DNA from: Convolutriloba macropyga
Lineage: Eukaryota
Reading direction: 5' to 3'
Assembly (NCBI RefSeq): GCF_964194025.1
Contig: NC_134469.1
Span: forward strand, 58,838,001-58,902,000
DNA: 64,000 bases
Position numbers and translations under genes: made by a program. The notes below the pieces were generated by a model, which did no database searches, had not been told where the DNA came from, and saw nothing but the letters and a program-made list of their open reading frames with translations. Every line of letters begins with the position of its first letter. Position 1 is the stretch's first letter. Shown piece after piece: positions 28,463-41,979 of the stretch.

Positions 28463-28468
28463 TTTTGT

Positions 28469-28478
28469 CTGAAAAAGC
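28469..28478 (-). promoter_or_regulatory. Acceptor (GCTTTTTCAG) 6 nt upstream of the NDUFA2 ATG; candidate trans-splice site
   Basis: Minus strand ctgctttttcag|acaaaaATG. Confidence 0.55.
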
Positions 28479-30200
28479 AGGATATAGTTGTATTGTACAT
28501 TATAGGCCGCAACCGTAATCCGCGCATCGCTTGTAAATAGAAATCCATTATTTACATTTTCTTTCAAAATCATCATTAATTGAAACTTTAGTATAGGCAA
28601 CACACTAATTGTAAATTAAAACAGAAGTCACATAAAGATCCCAGTATGATTAAAGGCGGCCTTTTGCATCAATATTCAGGAAACTTTTCAAATGATGTAG
28701 CCAATTTGGTCCCATTTTGATCTTTTTCAGCTGTTATCTGTCAATTTTAGCCCAAGTTTCAGTTTCTTCTAGTTACAAATTCTATATAACCACCATTTGC
28801 GAAAAATTTGTCCGCACTTTAAAGAATTTAAAGAAGTCATTAGCTATTTGATTGTGACGAGAGTGCCGGAGTTAAGACCATTCATTTGTTTAAATGTTTG
28901 TCTGGATGAAAATTGCTAGTGCTTTCAAAATGATGCGCTTCACGAGATTTTCTCCCTTTGTAGAATTGGTTTTTATGTGGGGGACCGAATTTACATGGGA
29001 ATAAGGCATGATTCCTAGTTCCTCTGAAATACCAATTCCTAGCTGGTTAAAAGTTTCGTTTCCAGCTGAAAATGGTGTAATTCATGCTTAAGTGGAGCTG
29101 ACAATATAAGTGCTTAAATAGCACTTTACTGATAACCTTGAAACAGTATAATGTTCTAAGGTTCAACTTAAAAAAATGGCTTGGAGTGAACAAATTTAAG
29201 AAATCACCACTCGAATGAAATTTAAATCAAATGCCTCGACATCGGTTTTCTTTTATTTCGGATGCCATACTAATAAAACCAGATGAAGAAACCTTGTGTA
29301 AACCAAAGATTGAGAGGCAGTCTAACAAGTATACAGACGTTAATCTATACAACAGACAGGAAACATTGGGATCAATATGGCACAGTAAAATGAGTTTCCT
29401 AAATTAGAAATCCATTTCTGACAACAAATATAGAACTATTATTTATTCAATACAAAATTTCATATCCGAAAAACAGCCATATTTCTCAAAAATATTGAAT
29501 TTCGATACGAGCAATTTAAATGTCTGTATGAATGTCTTCTTAAGGTGACAAGTGCTAAAAGCTTTTCCAATTGTTAGAATTATCAGCATTTTCTTTAAGA
29601 CAATACCAATTAGACGCATCCAAAAAATTGAAATCAGTACATTTGATTGCGTGGAATTTAAAGTATTGATTTACTTAAGTTTGCTGAGTAACGGATAGTT
29701 GATGCTCTGGGCAGGTTGAAGTAGAAGATCAAGGCCGTATCTGTCCTCATTAATAGTTACGTATTTTACAAAAAACAAAAAATCTTTCTTTTCATTAGGG
29801 GTCTGTAGGGGAAAAGAAATCATGTAGTTTCAAAACCGCATACAATTCTTCAATCTCTTACCTAATCAAGAACTTTTTGATTCTTACTAAAATCTCAAAA
29901 CAAATAAGGAGCTGTATAACAGAAATGATAAACAAAACTCTAAATCAATCTCTTCTGACCTGAATAGTCACAATTTAATAAAGCTTTCATGTTAGAAAAA
30001 TTGGGACTCCATTGGGAGTGACATTAAAATTGCATCGTTTTCATTTAATTTTTGTTAGATAAAATTTATGTTAAATCTGCTATAGAGTTCGCCTATGGCG
30101 GGTTTTCAAGCAATTCTAATTCAGTTGATCTGGGATGTAATTTAAATTTTTTTTGTTTTGAATTGACGAAGCTTAAATTTGGCATGTATAATTCTACAAA

Positions 30201-32644
30201 TTGGTTCCGACCCTCCTGAAGGGGGAACTATATACTCAACAGGTTTTTTCTGTTCAGACAATTTTGACCGATCGATATATTCATCGTGGAGATTGCGAGT
30301 GGTATCATTAAAAAGCCCATGCAGCGTAGAATATGGAATTGAAAAGATTTATTTGAATTTCGTTTTCTAGAGCGAGTTATCGTGATTTGAATTTTTGTGA
30401 ATATTAGACCGATTTGCATTATTTTTGTTCACATTTCCCGGAATTTTTGACTAAGGTTTTGTCAGTTTTGCTTAAAATATGTAAACTTTGTCAAATATAA
30501 AACTGTTGATTTTATTTTTAAAGACAAAAAAGTTGACTATTTTAATTTCTTTGGCCAAAATTTCGGCTAAATATTTCAAAATTCAGCCTTTTTTATCAAA
30601 AAATTGCCCGAAATAAGCTTCTTTAGTCCACTTTGATTAAATGTGCCCAAAGTACACACCCAAAATCAGTTAACACAATCTTTTAAATTAGTAAGAGTTA
30701 TTCCTACTTCCACTTCCATTGTGAGTAGTCTGGAATTCAAATTTTGCCGTTTTTCGCTAACTTTAATCTATGATTATTAAAAACGCAGAATTTATTTTTG
30801 ATCTCTAACTAACAAATCGCAAGGCTAGTTTTCGTCCAATCATGGACTGTTACAATCCAAAAAATTGGATTGTAATCAGTCGGTCTTTTTTAGAAACTCG
30901 TTTTTTTATAAATAAAGAACAGAACAATTGAAATCAAAGCTCAACCTAGACAGGTCCAATTGGCTTGCTAAGAAGCTCCAAATAAATGCATCTAATTTTT
31001 ACTCGAAAGTTTGTAGTTGTTTTGACTTAAAAATATTTGATTTTTCAATAAACAATGGCTTTTTGAAGTTCGCCACTATTTTTCTCTTAATTTGGTCAAA
31101 TTGTAGCTTAATGTCAGCTAACAATGAATGCTACTTCTTCCCCTTCTTTCTACTGAATTAAAATTTAACTACTTTTGCGCGTTCAGCGATGGTTTTCTGG
31201 CTTTGATACTCAAATTGATACTCAAACTAGATTTCACAAATTTGTTTTTAATTTTTAGGCATTGGCCCAATTTTCATGTTTTCTTTTCTCGTTTTGTCAC
31301 ATTATCACACTATTGAAAGTTCACATATTACATTATTCGCTTTCAAAATAAAGCACAATTGAACGTTTAAAATCTTTAAAGGCATGGATTGTGATTTTAA
31401 CGGCTTCGACACCCCCTTATGGAAGAATTTAATTGAAAATATTTACATTTGTCAACTGTCGTTTTTAATTTGTCTTTTTAGTCTTATGAAATTTCCTGGA
31501 TTTCGGCAGGTCTCGTTAGCTTTTTTATGGAGGAAAAAATGAGCCTATATTCTAATTTGAATAGATAGCTGATGGCTTTCATGACTTTAAAAACAATTAA
31601 TTTCAAGAACGAAAAAAAATTAACTTTCGTTATTTTTTGTCTATTTGCTACCTGGTCTCATTTATAACAGGTCTCATTTAACATTATTGTCATCGAGGGA
31701 AAGTGCAAGTGTGAAAAATCTAATGTTTTTAAAGATTTCGTTATTAATTGACTGGCTTCGACACAGGTTTTTGCAAAAATTAAATTAACTTTGACTTTTG
31801 TCTAAAATTGACGCTCTTTTTGTTGACGTTATTTTTTTGTGAATAGTTGCAGGTCTCAAGCGCTTCTTTCGGACGAGTAAACGAACCTATTTAACCATTC
31901 TATTTTGTAGCTTATGGCTTTCATGACTTTGAAAATAGTTTTCGAAAAATACAAAAGTTCCTTAATTTTGCCCTTTTCTCTTTTTTCTCTACTTATTATC
32001 TATTCTCTATAAAGAGTGCTCGCATACGACCTTATTGGCGTTTAGGGAAAGCCTCAATTGAACAAATTTTGAATGGGCAAAGCATGCCTTTACGTCTCCG
32101 ACAGCGTTTTTTCGCGAGTTTCAATTTAATTTTTGTTTGTTGTCTAATTCTTGTTTTTTTAATGGCAAAAAAATTGAAAGAAGACAACTCTTAATGCCCA
32201 ACTATAGACGCATATCTGATTATAAACATCTTGGATATTTTCAATTGCTATCTAATGGTTATCATTAATTTGAAACTATTTGTTTTTAAAAAGTTTAAGC
32301 CAATTTTTTTTAACTTTGCTGTTTTTGTTCTTTTTTGTCTAAATGTTACCAAGCCTTATTCTGGAGTGGTCCCATATCTTTTCTAGTGGAGTACAACTTG
32401 TTTTGTTTAATTTCAGTTTTATCTGACGCTATTTTGACCTTGCTAGTAAGTTTTTTTAATGGACATAAAGTTTTGGATGTAATTAATGTTTGTTGTCAAT
32501 GTTGTTTGATTTTGTTGTTCGTCTTGACTTGCTTCAAACCGATTTTTTTTAAATACTTGAATTTTTGGGGGTTTTCTATCTGTTCATCATTCGGTAGACA
32601 TGCCAAAAATGCAGATGAGCGGAGTCGGAACTTCAGGTGCAAAC
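30201..32644 (-). mobile_element. Diverged HINE copy on the minus strand; its 5' hairpin is fused to the next (+) copy
   Basis: 3' terminus gttccgaccctcctgaagggggaactatatactcaac at 30204; 5' sub-TIR and hairpin arm gagcggagtcggaacttcaggtgc at 32617-32640. Confidence 0.8.
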
Positions 32645-35600
32645 GCACATTAAGTTCCGACCCCGCTCATATACATTTTTCACTTAATTGTCTACTAAAT
32701 GAGGAAGAGATAAAAAAAATTAACATATCAACATATCGTTCAACAAACTAATAAAAACAATCTACTCTACAGGGCCTAGGAGACCTGTGGCTACCATAAT
32801 ATGACTATCAGAAAAGACGGCAAAAAAATCAAAAACTTGTCCATTTTTTGAAAACCACTAATAACCAAAACAAAATAATCAGATAAAATTTATACTAAGA
32901 AGATTAACCCGTACTTTTTGGAACAAAATATGGGTCTTTTCCTCAAGGCAATTTGGCAACAAGTCGGCTAGAAATGAGCAAAAGCGGCAAAATTTTAATA
33001 AAACATTGCTTTTTTTTAATAAAAAGAACTAAATTCGAACTGATTAGAACATTACGCATCAAATGAAATCATTGAGAGAGTCTTTTATACCTCAATAGAG
33101 AGGGATTGAAGCCTTTCATTATCCAGGATATGTCAGACGACTACAAAAAGAACAACAAATACAGGCAAAAACGAAAAATTTGCAAAAAAAAATTATGCAC
33201 GAAAACGATGTCCCCCAATCAATTAAATATTAAGCTGATCACTAAAAACAATAAACATCTTCGTTTGCATTTTTTTGCAGGTGACAACGTTTGTAAGTCA
33301 AGAGACGCCCATTATTGTGATACTGTGAAAAGAAAACAAAAACCTACAAAGGGGCAAATTTGCAAAAATCACGAAAATTGGTTTTATGAAAACTGGTTGT
33401 TCCAAGAAGAAAGACCAATTGAGGAAAATAAAACCGTTATAAGGAGGAAATTGTATTTCAAAAGATAAACCAGGTGAATTGTATATAGAGATGCTTAGCT
33501 GAAATTTAACAGAAATAAAATTGGCATATCTCAAAAATCTATCTCTTTTTTAATTAAAAACAAATATTTTCAAAATTCATAGCCAACAAAAGCTTTCGAC
33601 TAAAAGAGTAGACAGTTTGACTTTTAATTAATCGGAAAAATAATTGCGACTGTTATTAATAAGACAAAATCATAAGACTATAAAATAACATTAAATACAA
33701 GCTGAACTAATAAGTTTCAAACAACGTTACGAAACCAGTTTTGAAGCCATTAAATTTATAAGATATTAACGGCGAGAACATAACATCTTCATTTGCGTCT
33801 CTTTTGATTATCATAACATCTTTTTGTAAAACGAATATCACAAAATGACAACAAAAAGAACCACAAAAACTGAAATGCATCTAATCTTCACAAAATTCTT
33901 CTGAAACAAATTGTCTAAGCCCAGGAGACATCATTTAAAAAGTTTAAACAACAAAAAGATTATTGTTTGATTCAACAAAACATTAAAAAGAGCTCTAAAT
34001 AATGAGACTAATTTACGAAAATGATACAAAATGGAAAAAATACGAAAAAAAAACGCAAACCAGAACAAAAAGGGATAAGTTGAAGAATACTATTACTCTT
34101 TTTTCTAGAAAATTACTTCGAAAGTCAAAACAGCCATTAGTTATTTACCGATATCAGTTATTTAAGTTCAATCGTTTATCTATAGTTGGCCATTGAGACT
34201 TTTATTTACACAATATTTCGCAAATGGCAACAAAAACTAACAACAGATACAGGGCAAAAGTAAATAAAAAACTTTATAAATTTCTGCAAGAGAACGGTGT
34301 CGCAGCCCATCAAACCATATGTTATGAAAACAAAAATTATGTTCAGTTTCAAATGCTGTAAAGCTTTTTTCAGTTAGATTATTAAATAATTTGACAATTT
34401 ACAAAAGAAACAAAAACAACAGCAAAAATAGGCAATTAAGCACAAAAATCAGAAAATTTTGTATGAAAACTCGTACTACCAAAAGCAAGAAAACCTTCTG
34501 ATAAAATAATCGGCCACAAAATTAGTTTTCACTCTATAAGGAGGAAAGGTTGACATGTACTCATTGAGAATAAGCAAAATGTTGACTAAAATAATATAAA
34601 AAATTGACAAGTTCAAAAAATCAGAAATTTCCTTGAAACAAATACATTCAATAACATAAGAGACATTAGGTAACAACCGAATGAATAGAAAAGGTTCATT
34701 TGCACCTCTTGAGGAAGAAATTTAGATCTTTGAGTGGTTAATCTTAAAGATCAGACTGCCAAAAGAGTAACAATTAAAGGCAAAAGACAAGAATTCAGTT
34801 AAATTTTACTAAAACTCTTCCTCAAAGCCATAAAAACCCTTTGGTTCTCTGAAAACAAACTTTATCTACATTCGGCCTCAAATTTAAGCAAATTGGAGCT
34901 GTCATTAACGGAGCCGTGATTTAAAAATATTGTCATTAAATGATATTAACAAAAGCAAAATATTTTGAAAAAGGCAGAATCGAAATAAAAACCAAAAAGT
35001 CTCTGATTCTAAGAGTCCATGATATTATCGAACCTCTCCCTCCTTTTGCCGCGCGCCCAGCAAACCGACCAAGTTTTCCAAGTATTTGCGAATTAGACCA
35101 ATTGTTGAGTGGAATTCTTAAATTAATAAAAAATGCATTTTGTATAATTATCGAGTTAATTCTGCAAAAAACGGCAAAGTTTTAATTTCAGAAGACCTTC
35201 ATGCGGCGCCTAAGAGTCCATGACATTATTGAACCTTTCCCTGATTTTGCCGCGCGCCCAGTAAACCGACCAAGTGTTCCAAGTATTTGCGAATTAGACC
35301 AATTTTTGAGTGGAATTCTTAAAATACTGAAAAAAAATGCATTTTGTATAATTATCGAGTTAAATCTGCAAAAAACGCCAAAGTTTTAATTCCGGAAGAC
35401 TTTCATGTGCCGCCTAAAAGTCCATGATAATATTGAACCTCTCCCTGATTTTGCCGCGCGCCCAGCAAACCGACCAAGCGTTCCAAGTATTTGCGAATCA
35501 GACCAAATGTTGAGTGGAAATCTTAAAATATTGAAAAAAAAATACATTTTGCATAATTATCGAGTTAAATCTGCAAAAATTGGCAAAAATTTTAATTCCA

Positions 35601-36153
35601 GAAGACTTTCATGTGCCGCCTAATTCCAACTAGCGCTCTTTTTGAGATTCGGGAGTCTGTGTTAGCGTTTCTAGGTTACTAAGTATGGCAAACTTTAACA
35701 AATTGGACCAAAAAAGCGTATTTTGTGTGCCATTTTTGATGAGAAGTTTGAAATTTGAAAACTTCAAAACTTTAGCCAAAAAACAACTTCAATCAAACAA
35801 TTTAGCAACGCTCTTCTCTCTCTCTCTAACAGTAACAACAAAACTCTGCCGTTAAAAATTTTAACTTCCTTTGAATTGCATTAGCGAAATTAAATCAAAT
35901 TTTAGCAAAAATTACTGAAAATGTGAACAAAAACAGTCGAATGTTCACAAAAACTTTAAACCTCGATAATTCTCTGTTAAACACGAAAATCGAAAAAAAA
36001 ACTTTTCAATTCCGTATTCTACGCTGGATGGGCTTTTAATGATACCACTCACAATTCTCTACGATGAATATATCGGTCGGCCAAAATTGACTGAACAAAA
36101 AAACCCAGTTGAGTATATAGTTCCTCCCTCCCCACTAAAGTGGGGGTCGGAAC
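32645..36153 (+). mobile_element. HINE copy 1 of the array (outer 5' end replaced by the fusion)
   Basis: Starts gcacattaagttccgacccc; ends ccccactaaagtgggggtcggaac+A-run. Confidence 0.85.
35009..35623 (+). repeat. Internal tandem repeat, 3 x ~204 bp (also at 39690-40305 and 44367-44981)
   Basis: Units start ctaaRagtccatga at 35009, 35210 and 35414; each has gccgcgcgcccagYaaaccgacc. Confidence 0.95.
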
Positions 36154-37297
36154 AAAAAAGGCGCAAAACAAGGAACGTATCAAAAACTTGAAAATCAATA
36201 TAGCGAGCCAAAAAGCTGTGATTTGGTAATGTCATGCAACTGAACGACTCCGGCATTCGAAAGCAACTCAATAAACAAACAGGAGTTCAAAACCAAAAAT
36301 TTCCAATTCTTTATAGAAAAAAGCATTTTCAGAAAGACTTCAGAACAGCTAGCTGCAACTTTAAGCAACTTGGACAAAAATTATCATAAAAACATGCAAT
36401 ATCTGTTAATAGCATGAATTAGAAAAACGCCACGAAACAACAGCAAGATAAAAAAAACTTTCACTTCAAATATTACAACAGTGGTGTCGCAGTCATCTTT
36501 CTGGAATATTTTTGCATTAATATCCCCGACAAGGTATTGCAAAACGTGTGAATATCCGCCCTTGACAAAAACTGAATTTTTTGGAAAATATGTTTTAAAA
36601 ATTTTATCTGCAAATCCGTCAACTGAATTCTGTACCTGTTGCCTTCAATATTTTTATGGCTGCACAAGTCCATTCCACGGATATTTCGCCAATTTGCCGC
36701 CTATATTTTTATAAGACCCGTCTTTTTATTTTCCAATCAAAATGTTAAGTCTTCTCCGCAGAAACGAAATTCAAAAATCCATTTGCAGAGAAATACTTTC
36801 TCTGCATTCAAGTTACAATGGATATTGTGACCGTCGATTGGCCAAAAAAGTCAGGTTAGCATGGAGATCGTCATTACATGAGGTCGAAAACGGGTACATA
36901 GGTGACATAAGGCTGGCATGAAAATAAAAGAAAGCGCTTTTTGTTCCGACCCCACTTGTGGGGGAGGAACTATATACTCAAATGGTTATTTTTTGTTCAG
37001 ACAATTTTGGCCGATCGATATATTCATCGTAGAGAAATGTGAGTGGTATCATTAAAAAGCTCTTCCAGCGTAGAATTCAAAATTGAAAAGTTTTTTTCGA
37101 ATTTCGTTTTTTCGAAGAGTTATTGAGGTTTAAAGTTTCATGTGAGAAATTACGATAAAAGCACTCTGTCCAATCAGGAAAGCCGACAGCGACCCAAGGC
37201 TTAATTTGACTCGTGGAAACGAGAGACAATCAATCAGTCGTACATCGACTTCTAGTATCTTTTGTAAACAAAAAGGAGAACAACGTAAACTAGTACC

Positions 37298-40200
37298 AAA
37301 CAAGGAGGCTCGGTAATGTGCGATCGCACATTAAGTTCCGACCCCGCTCATATACATTTTTCACTTAATTGTCTACTAAATGAGGAAGAGATGAAAAAAT
37401 TAACATATCAACATATCGTTCAACAAACTAATAAAAACAATCTACTCTACAGGGCCTAGGAGACCTGTGGCTACCATAATATGACTATCAGAAAAGACGG
37501 CAAAAAAATCAAAAACTTGTCCATTTTTTGAAAACCACTAATAACCAAAACAAAATAATCAGATAAAATTTATACTAAGAAGATTAACCCGTACTTTTTG
37601 GAACAAAATATGGGTCTTTTCCTCAAGGCAATTTGGCAACAAGTCGGCTAGAAATGAGCAAAAGCGGCAAAATTTTAATAAAACATTGCTTTTTTTTAAT
37701 AAAAAGAACTAAATTCGAACTGATTAGAACATTACGCATCAAATGAAATCATTGAGAGAGTCTTTTATACCTCAATAGAGAGGGACTGAAGCCTTTCATT
37801 ATCCAGGATATGTCAGACGACTACAAAAAGAACAACAAATACAGGCAAAAACGAAAAATTTGCAAAAAAAAATTATGCACGAAAACGATGTCCCCCAATC
37901 AATTAAATATTAAGCTGATCACTAAAAACAATAAACATCTTCGTTTGCATTTTTTTGCAGGTGACAACGTTTGTAAGTCAAGAGACGCCCATTATTGTGA
38001 TACTGTGAAAAGAAAACAAAAACCTACAAAGGGGCAAATTTGCAAAAATCACGAAAATTGGTTTTATGAAAACTGGTTGTTCCAAGAAGAAAGACCAATT
38101 GAGGAAAATAAAACCGTTATAAGGAGGAAATTGTATTTCAAAAGATAAACCAGGTGAATTGTATATAGAGATGCTTAGCTGAAATTTAACAGAAATAAAA
38201 TTGGCATATCTCAAAAATCTATCTCTTTTTTAATTAAAAACAAATATTTTCAAAATTCATAGCCAACAAAAGCTTTCGACTAAAAGAGTAGACAGTTTGA
38301 CTTTTAATTAATCGGAAAAATAATTGCGACTGTTATTAATAAGACAAAATCATAAGACTATAAAATAACATTAAATACAAGCTGAACTAATAAGTTTCAA
38401 ACAACGTTACGAAACCAGTTTTGAAGCCATTAAATTTATAAGATATTAACGGCGAGAACATAACATCTTCATTTGCGTCTCTTTTGATTATCATAACATC
38501 TTTTTGTAAAACGAATATCACAAAATGACAACAAAAAGAACCACAAAAACTGAAATGCATCTAATCTTCACAAAATTCTTCTGAAACAAATTGTCTAAGC
38601 CCAGGAGACATCATTTAAAAAGTTTAAACAACAAAAAGATTATTGTTTGATTCAACAAAACATTAAAAAGAGCTCTAAATAATGAGACTAATTTACGAAA
38701 ATGATACAAAATGGAAAAAATACGAAAAAAAAAACGCAAACCAGAACAAAAAGGGATAAGTTGAAGAATACTATTACTCTTTTTTCTAGAAAATTACTTC
38801 GAAAGTCAAAACAGCCATTAGTTATTTACCGATATCAGTTATTTAAGTTCAATCGTTTATCTATAGTTGGCCATTGAGACTTTTATTTACACAATATTTC
38901 GCAAATGGCAACAAAAACTAACAACAGATACAGGGCAAAAGTAAATAAAAAACTTTATAAATTTCTGCAAGAGAACGGTGTCGCAGCCCATCAAACCATA
39001 TGTTATGAAAACAAAAATTATGTTCAGTTTCAAATGCTGTAAAGCTTTTTTCAGTTAGATTATTAAATAATTTGACAATTTACAAAAGAAACAAAAACAA
39101 CAGCAAAAATAGGCAATTAAGCACAAAAATCAGAAAATTTTGTATGAAAACTCGTACTACCAAAAGCAAGAAAACCTTCTGATAAAATAATCGGCCACAA
39201 AATTAGTTTTCACTCTATAAGGAGGAAAGGTTGACATGTACTCATTGAGAATAAGCAAAATGTTGACTAAAATAATATAAAAAATTGACAAGTTCAAAAA
39301 ATCAGAAATTTCCTTGAAACAAATACATTCAATAACATAAGAGACATTAGGTAACAACCGAATGAACAGAAAAGGTTCATTTGCACCTCTTGAGGAAGAA
39401 ATTTAGATCTTTGAGTGGTTAATCTTAAAGATCAGACTGCCAAAAGAGTAACAATTAAAGGCAAAAGACAAGAATTCAGTTAAATTTTACTAAAACTCTT
39501 CCTCAAAGCCATAAAAACCCTTTGGTTCTCTGAAAACAAACTTTATCTACATTCGGCCTCAAATTTAAGCAAATTGGAGCTGTCATTAATGGAGCCGTGA
39601 TTTAAAAATATTGTCATTAAATGATATTAACAAAAGCAAAATATTTTGAAAAAGGCAGAATCGAAATAAAAACCAAAAAGTCTCTGATTCTAAGAGTCCA
39701 TGATATTATCGAACCTCTCCCTCCTTTTGCCGCGCGCCCAGCAAACCGACCAAGTTTTCCAAGTATTTGCGAATTAGACCAATTGTTGAGTGGAATTCTT
39801 AAATTAATAAAAAATGCATTTTGTATAATTATCGAGTTAATTCTGCAAAAAACGGCAAAGTTTTAATTTCAGAAGACCTTCATGCGGCGCCTAAGAGTCC
39901 ATGACATTATTGAACCTCTCCCTGATTTTGCCGCGCGCCCAGTAAACCGACCAAGTGTTCCAAGTATTTGCGAATTAGACCAATTTTTGAGTGGAATTCT
40001 TAAAATACTGAAAAAAAATGCATTTTGTATAATTATCGAGTTAAATCTGCAAAAAACGCCAAAGTTTTAATTCCGGAAGACTTTCATGTGCCGCCTAAAA
40101 GTCCATGATAATATTGAACCTCTCCCTGATTTTGCCGCGCGCCCAGCAAACCGACCAAGCGTTCCAAGTATTTGCGAATCAGACCAAATGTTGAGTGGAA

Positions 40201-40834
40201 ATCTTAAAATATTGAAAAAAAAAATACATTTTGCATAATTATCGAGTTAAATCTGCAAAAATTGGCAAAAGTTTTAATTCCAGAAGACTTTCATGTGCCG
40301 CCTAATTCCAACTAGCGCTCTTTTTGAGATTCGGGAGTCTGTGTTAGCGTTTCTAGGTTACTAAGTATGGCAAACTTTAACAAATTGGACCAAAAAAGCG
40401 TATTTTGTGTGCCATTTTTGATGAGAAGTTTGAAATTTGAAAACTTCAAAACTTTAGCCAAAAAACAACTTCAATCAAACAATTTAGCAACGCTCTTCTC
40501 TCTCTCTCTAACAGTAACAACAAAACTCTGCCGTTAAAAATTTTAACTTCCTTTGAATTGCATTAGCGAAATTAAATCAAATTTTAGCAAAAATTACTGA
40601 AAATGTGAACAAAAACAGTCGAATGTTCACAAAAACTTTAAACCTCGATAATTCTCTGTTAAACACGAAAATCGAAAAAAAACTTTTCCATTCCGTATTC
40701 TACGCTGGATGGGCTTTTAATGATACCACTCACAATTCTCTACGATGAATATATCGGTCGGCCAAAATTGACTGAACAAAAAAACCCAGTTGAGTATATA
40801 GTTCCTCCCTCCCCACTAAAGTGGGGGTCGGAAC
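37298..40834 (+). mobile_element. Full-length HINE copy 2 (~3.54 kb)
   Basis: 5' AAACAAGGAGGCTCGG-TAATGTGCGATCGCACATTA (hairpin)-AGTTCCGACCCC; 3' hairpin CCCCACTAAAGTGGGG overlapping the inverted sub-TIR GGGGTCGGAAC, then an A-run. No TSD and no coding capacity. Same layout as DINE-1/HINE elements. Confidence 0.88.
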
Positions 40835-41979
40835 AAAAAAGGCGCAAAACAAGGAACGTATCAAAAACTTGAAAATCAATATAGCGAGCCAAAAAGCTGT
40901 GATTTGGTAATGTCATGCAACTGAACGACTCCGGCATTCGAAAGCAACTCAATAAACAAACAGGAGTTCAAAACCAAAAATTTCCAATTCTTTATAGAAA
41001 AAAGCATTTTCAGAAAGACTTCAGAACAGCTAGCTGCAACTTTAAGCAACTTGGACAAAAATTATCATAAAAACATGCAATATCTGTTAATAGCATGAAT
41101 TAGAAAAACGCCACGAAACAACAGCAACATAAAAAAAACTTTCACTTCAAATATTACAACAGTGGTGTCGCAGTCATCTTTCTGGAATATTTTTGCATTA
41201 ATATCCCCGACAAGGTATTGCAAAACGTGTGAATATCCGCCCTTGACAAAAACTGAATTTTTTGGAAAATATGTTTTAAAAATTTTATCTGCAAATCCGT
41301 CAACTGAATTCTGTACCTGTTGCCTTCAATATTTTTATGGCTGCACAAGTCCATTCCACGGATATTTCGCCAATTTGCCGCCTATATTTTTATAAGACCC
41401 GTCTTTTTATTTTCCAATCAAAATGTTAAGTCTTCTCCGCAGAAACGAAATTCAAAAATCCATTTGCAGAGAAATACTTTCTCTGCATTCAAGTTACAAT
41501 GGATATTGTGACCGTCGATTGGCCAAAAAAAGTCAGGTTAGCATGGAGATCGTCATTACATGAGGTCGAAAACGGGTACATAGGTGACATAAGGCTGGCA
41601 TGAAAATAAAAGAAAGCGCTTTTTGTTCCGACCCCACTTGTGGGGGAGGAACTATATACTCAAATGGTTATTTTTTGTTCAGACAATTTTGGCCGATCGA
41701 TATATTCATCGTAGAGAAATGTGAGTGGTATCATTAAAAAGCTCTTCCAGCGTAGAATTCAAAATTGAAAAGTTTTTTTCGAATTTCGATTTTTCGAAGA
41801 GTTATTGAGGTTTAAAGTTTCATGTGAGAAACTACGATAAAAGCACTCTGTCCAATCAGGAAAGCCGACAGCGACCCAAGGCTTAATTTGACTCGTGGAA
41901 ACGAGAGACAATCAATCAGTCGTACATCGACTTCTAGTATCTTTTGTAAACAAAAAGGAGAACAACGTAAACTAGTACC

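Noticed and set aside
28208-28603. 131-aa ORF as the NDUFA2 protein
   Set aside because: The true start is the ATG at 28462 and the C-terminus lies in a second exon; the ORF ends are non-coding or intronic.
28620-29100. Additional upstream operon gene
   Set aside because: Acceptor-like TTTCAG sites are present, but only short unrecognisable ORFs follow.
35009-35623. CRISPR-like or hammerhead (retrozyme) array
   Set aside because: The units are full-length tandem copies without unique spacers, no CTGANGA..GAAA core was found, and the context is eukaryotic.
36470-36840. Captured host-gene fragment in the array spacer
   Set aside because: Slightly coding-like, but all frames are interrupted and no homology is recognisable without a search.
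35950-37144. Single TIR transposon
   Set aside because: The arms are the 3' ends of two separate HINEs, each traceable to its own 5' end or to homologous copies; no TSD.
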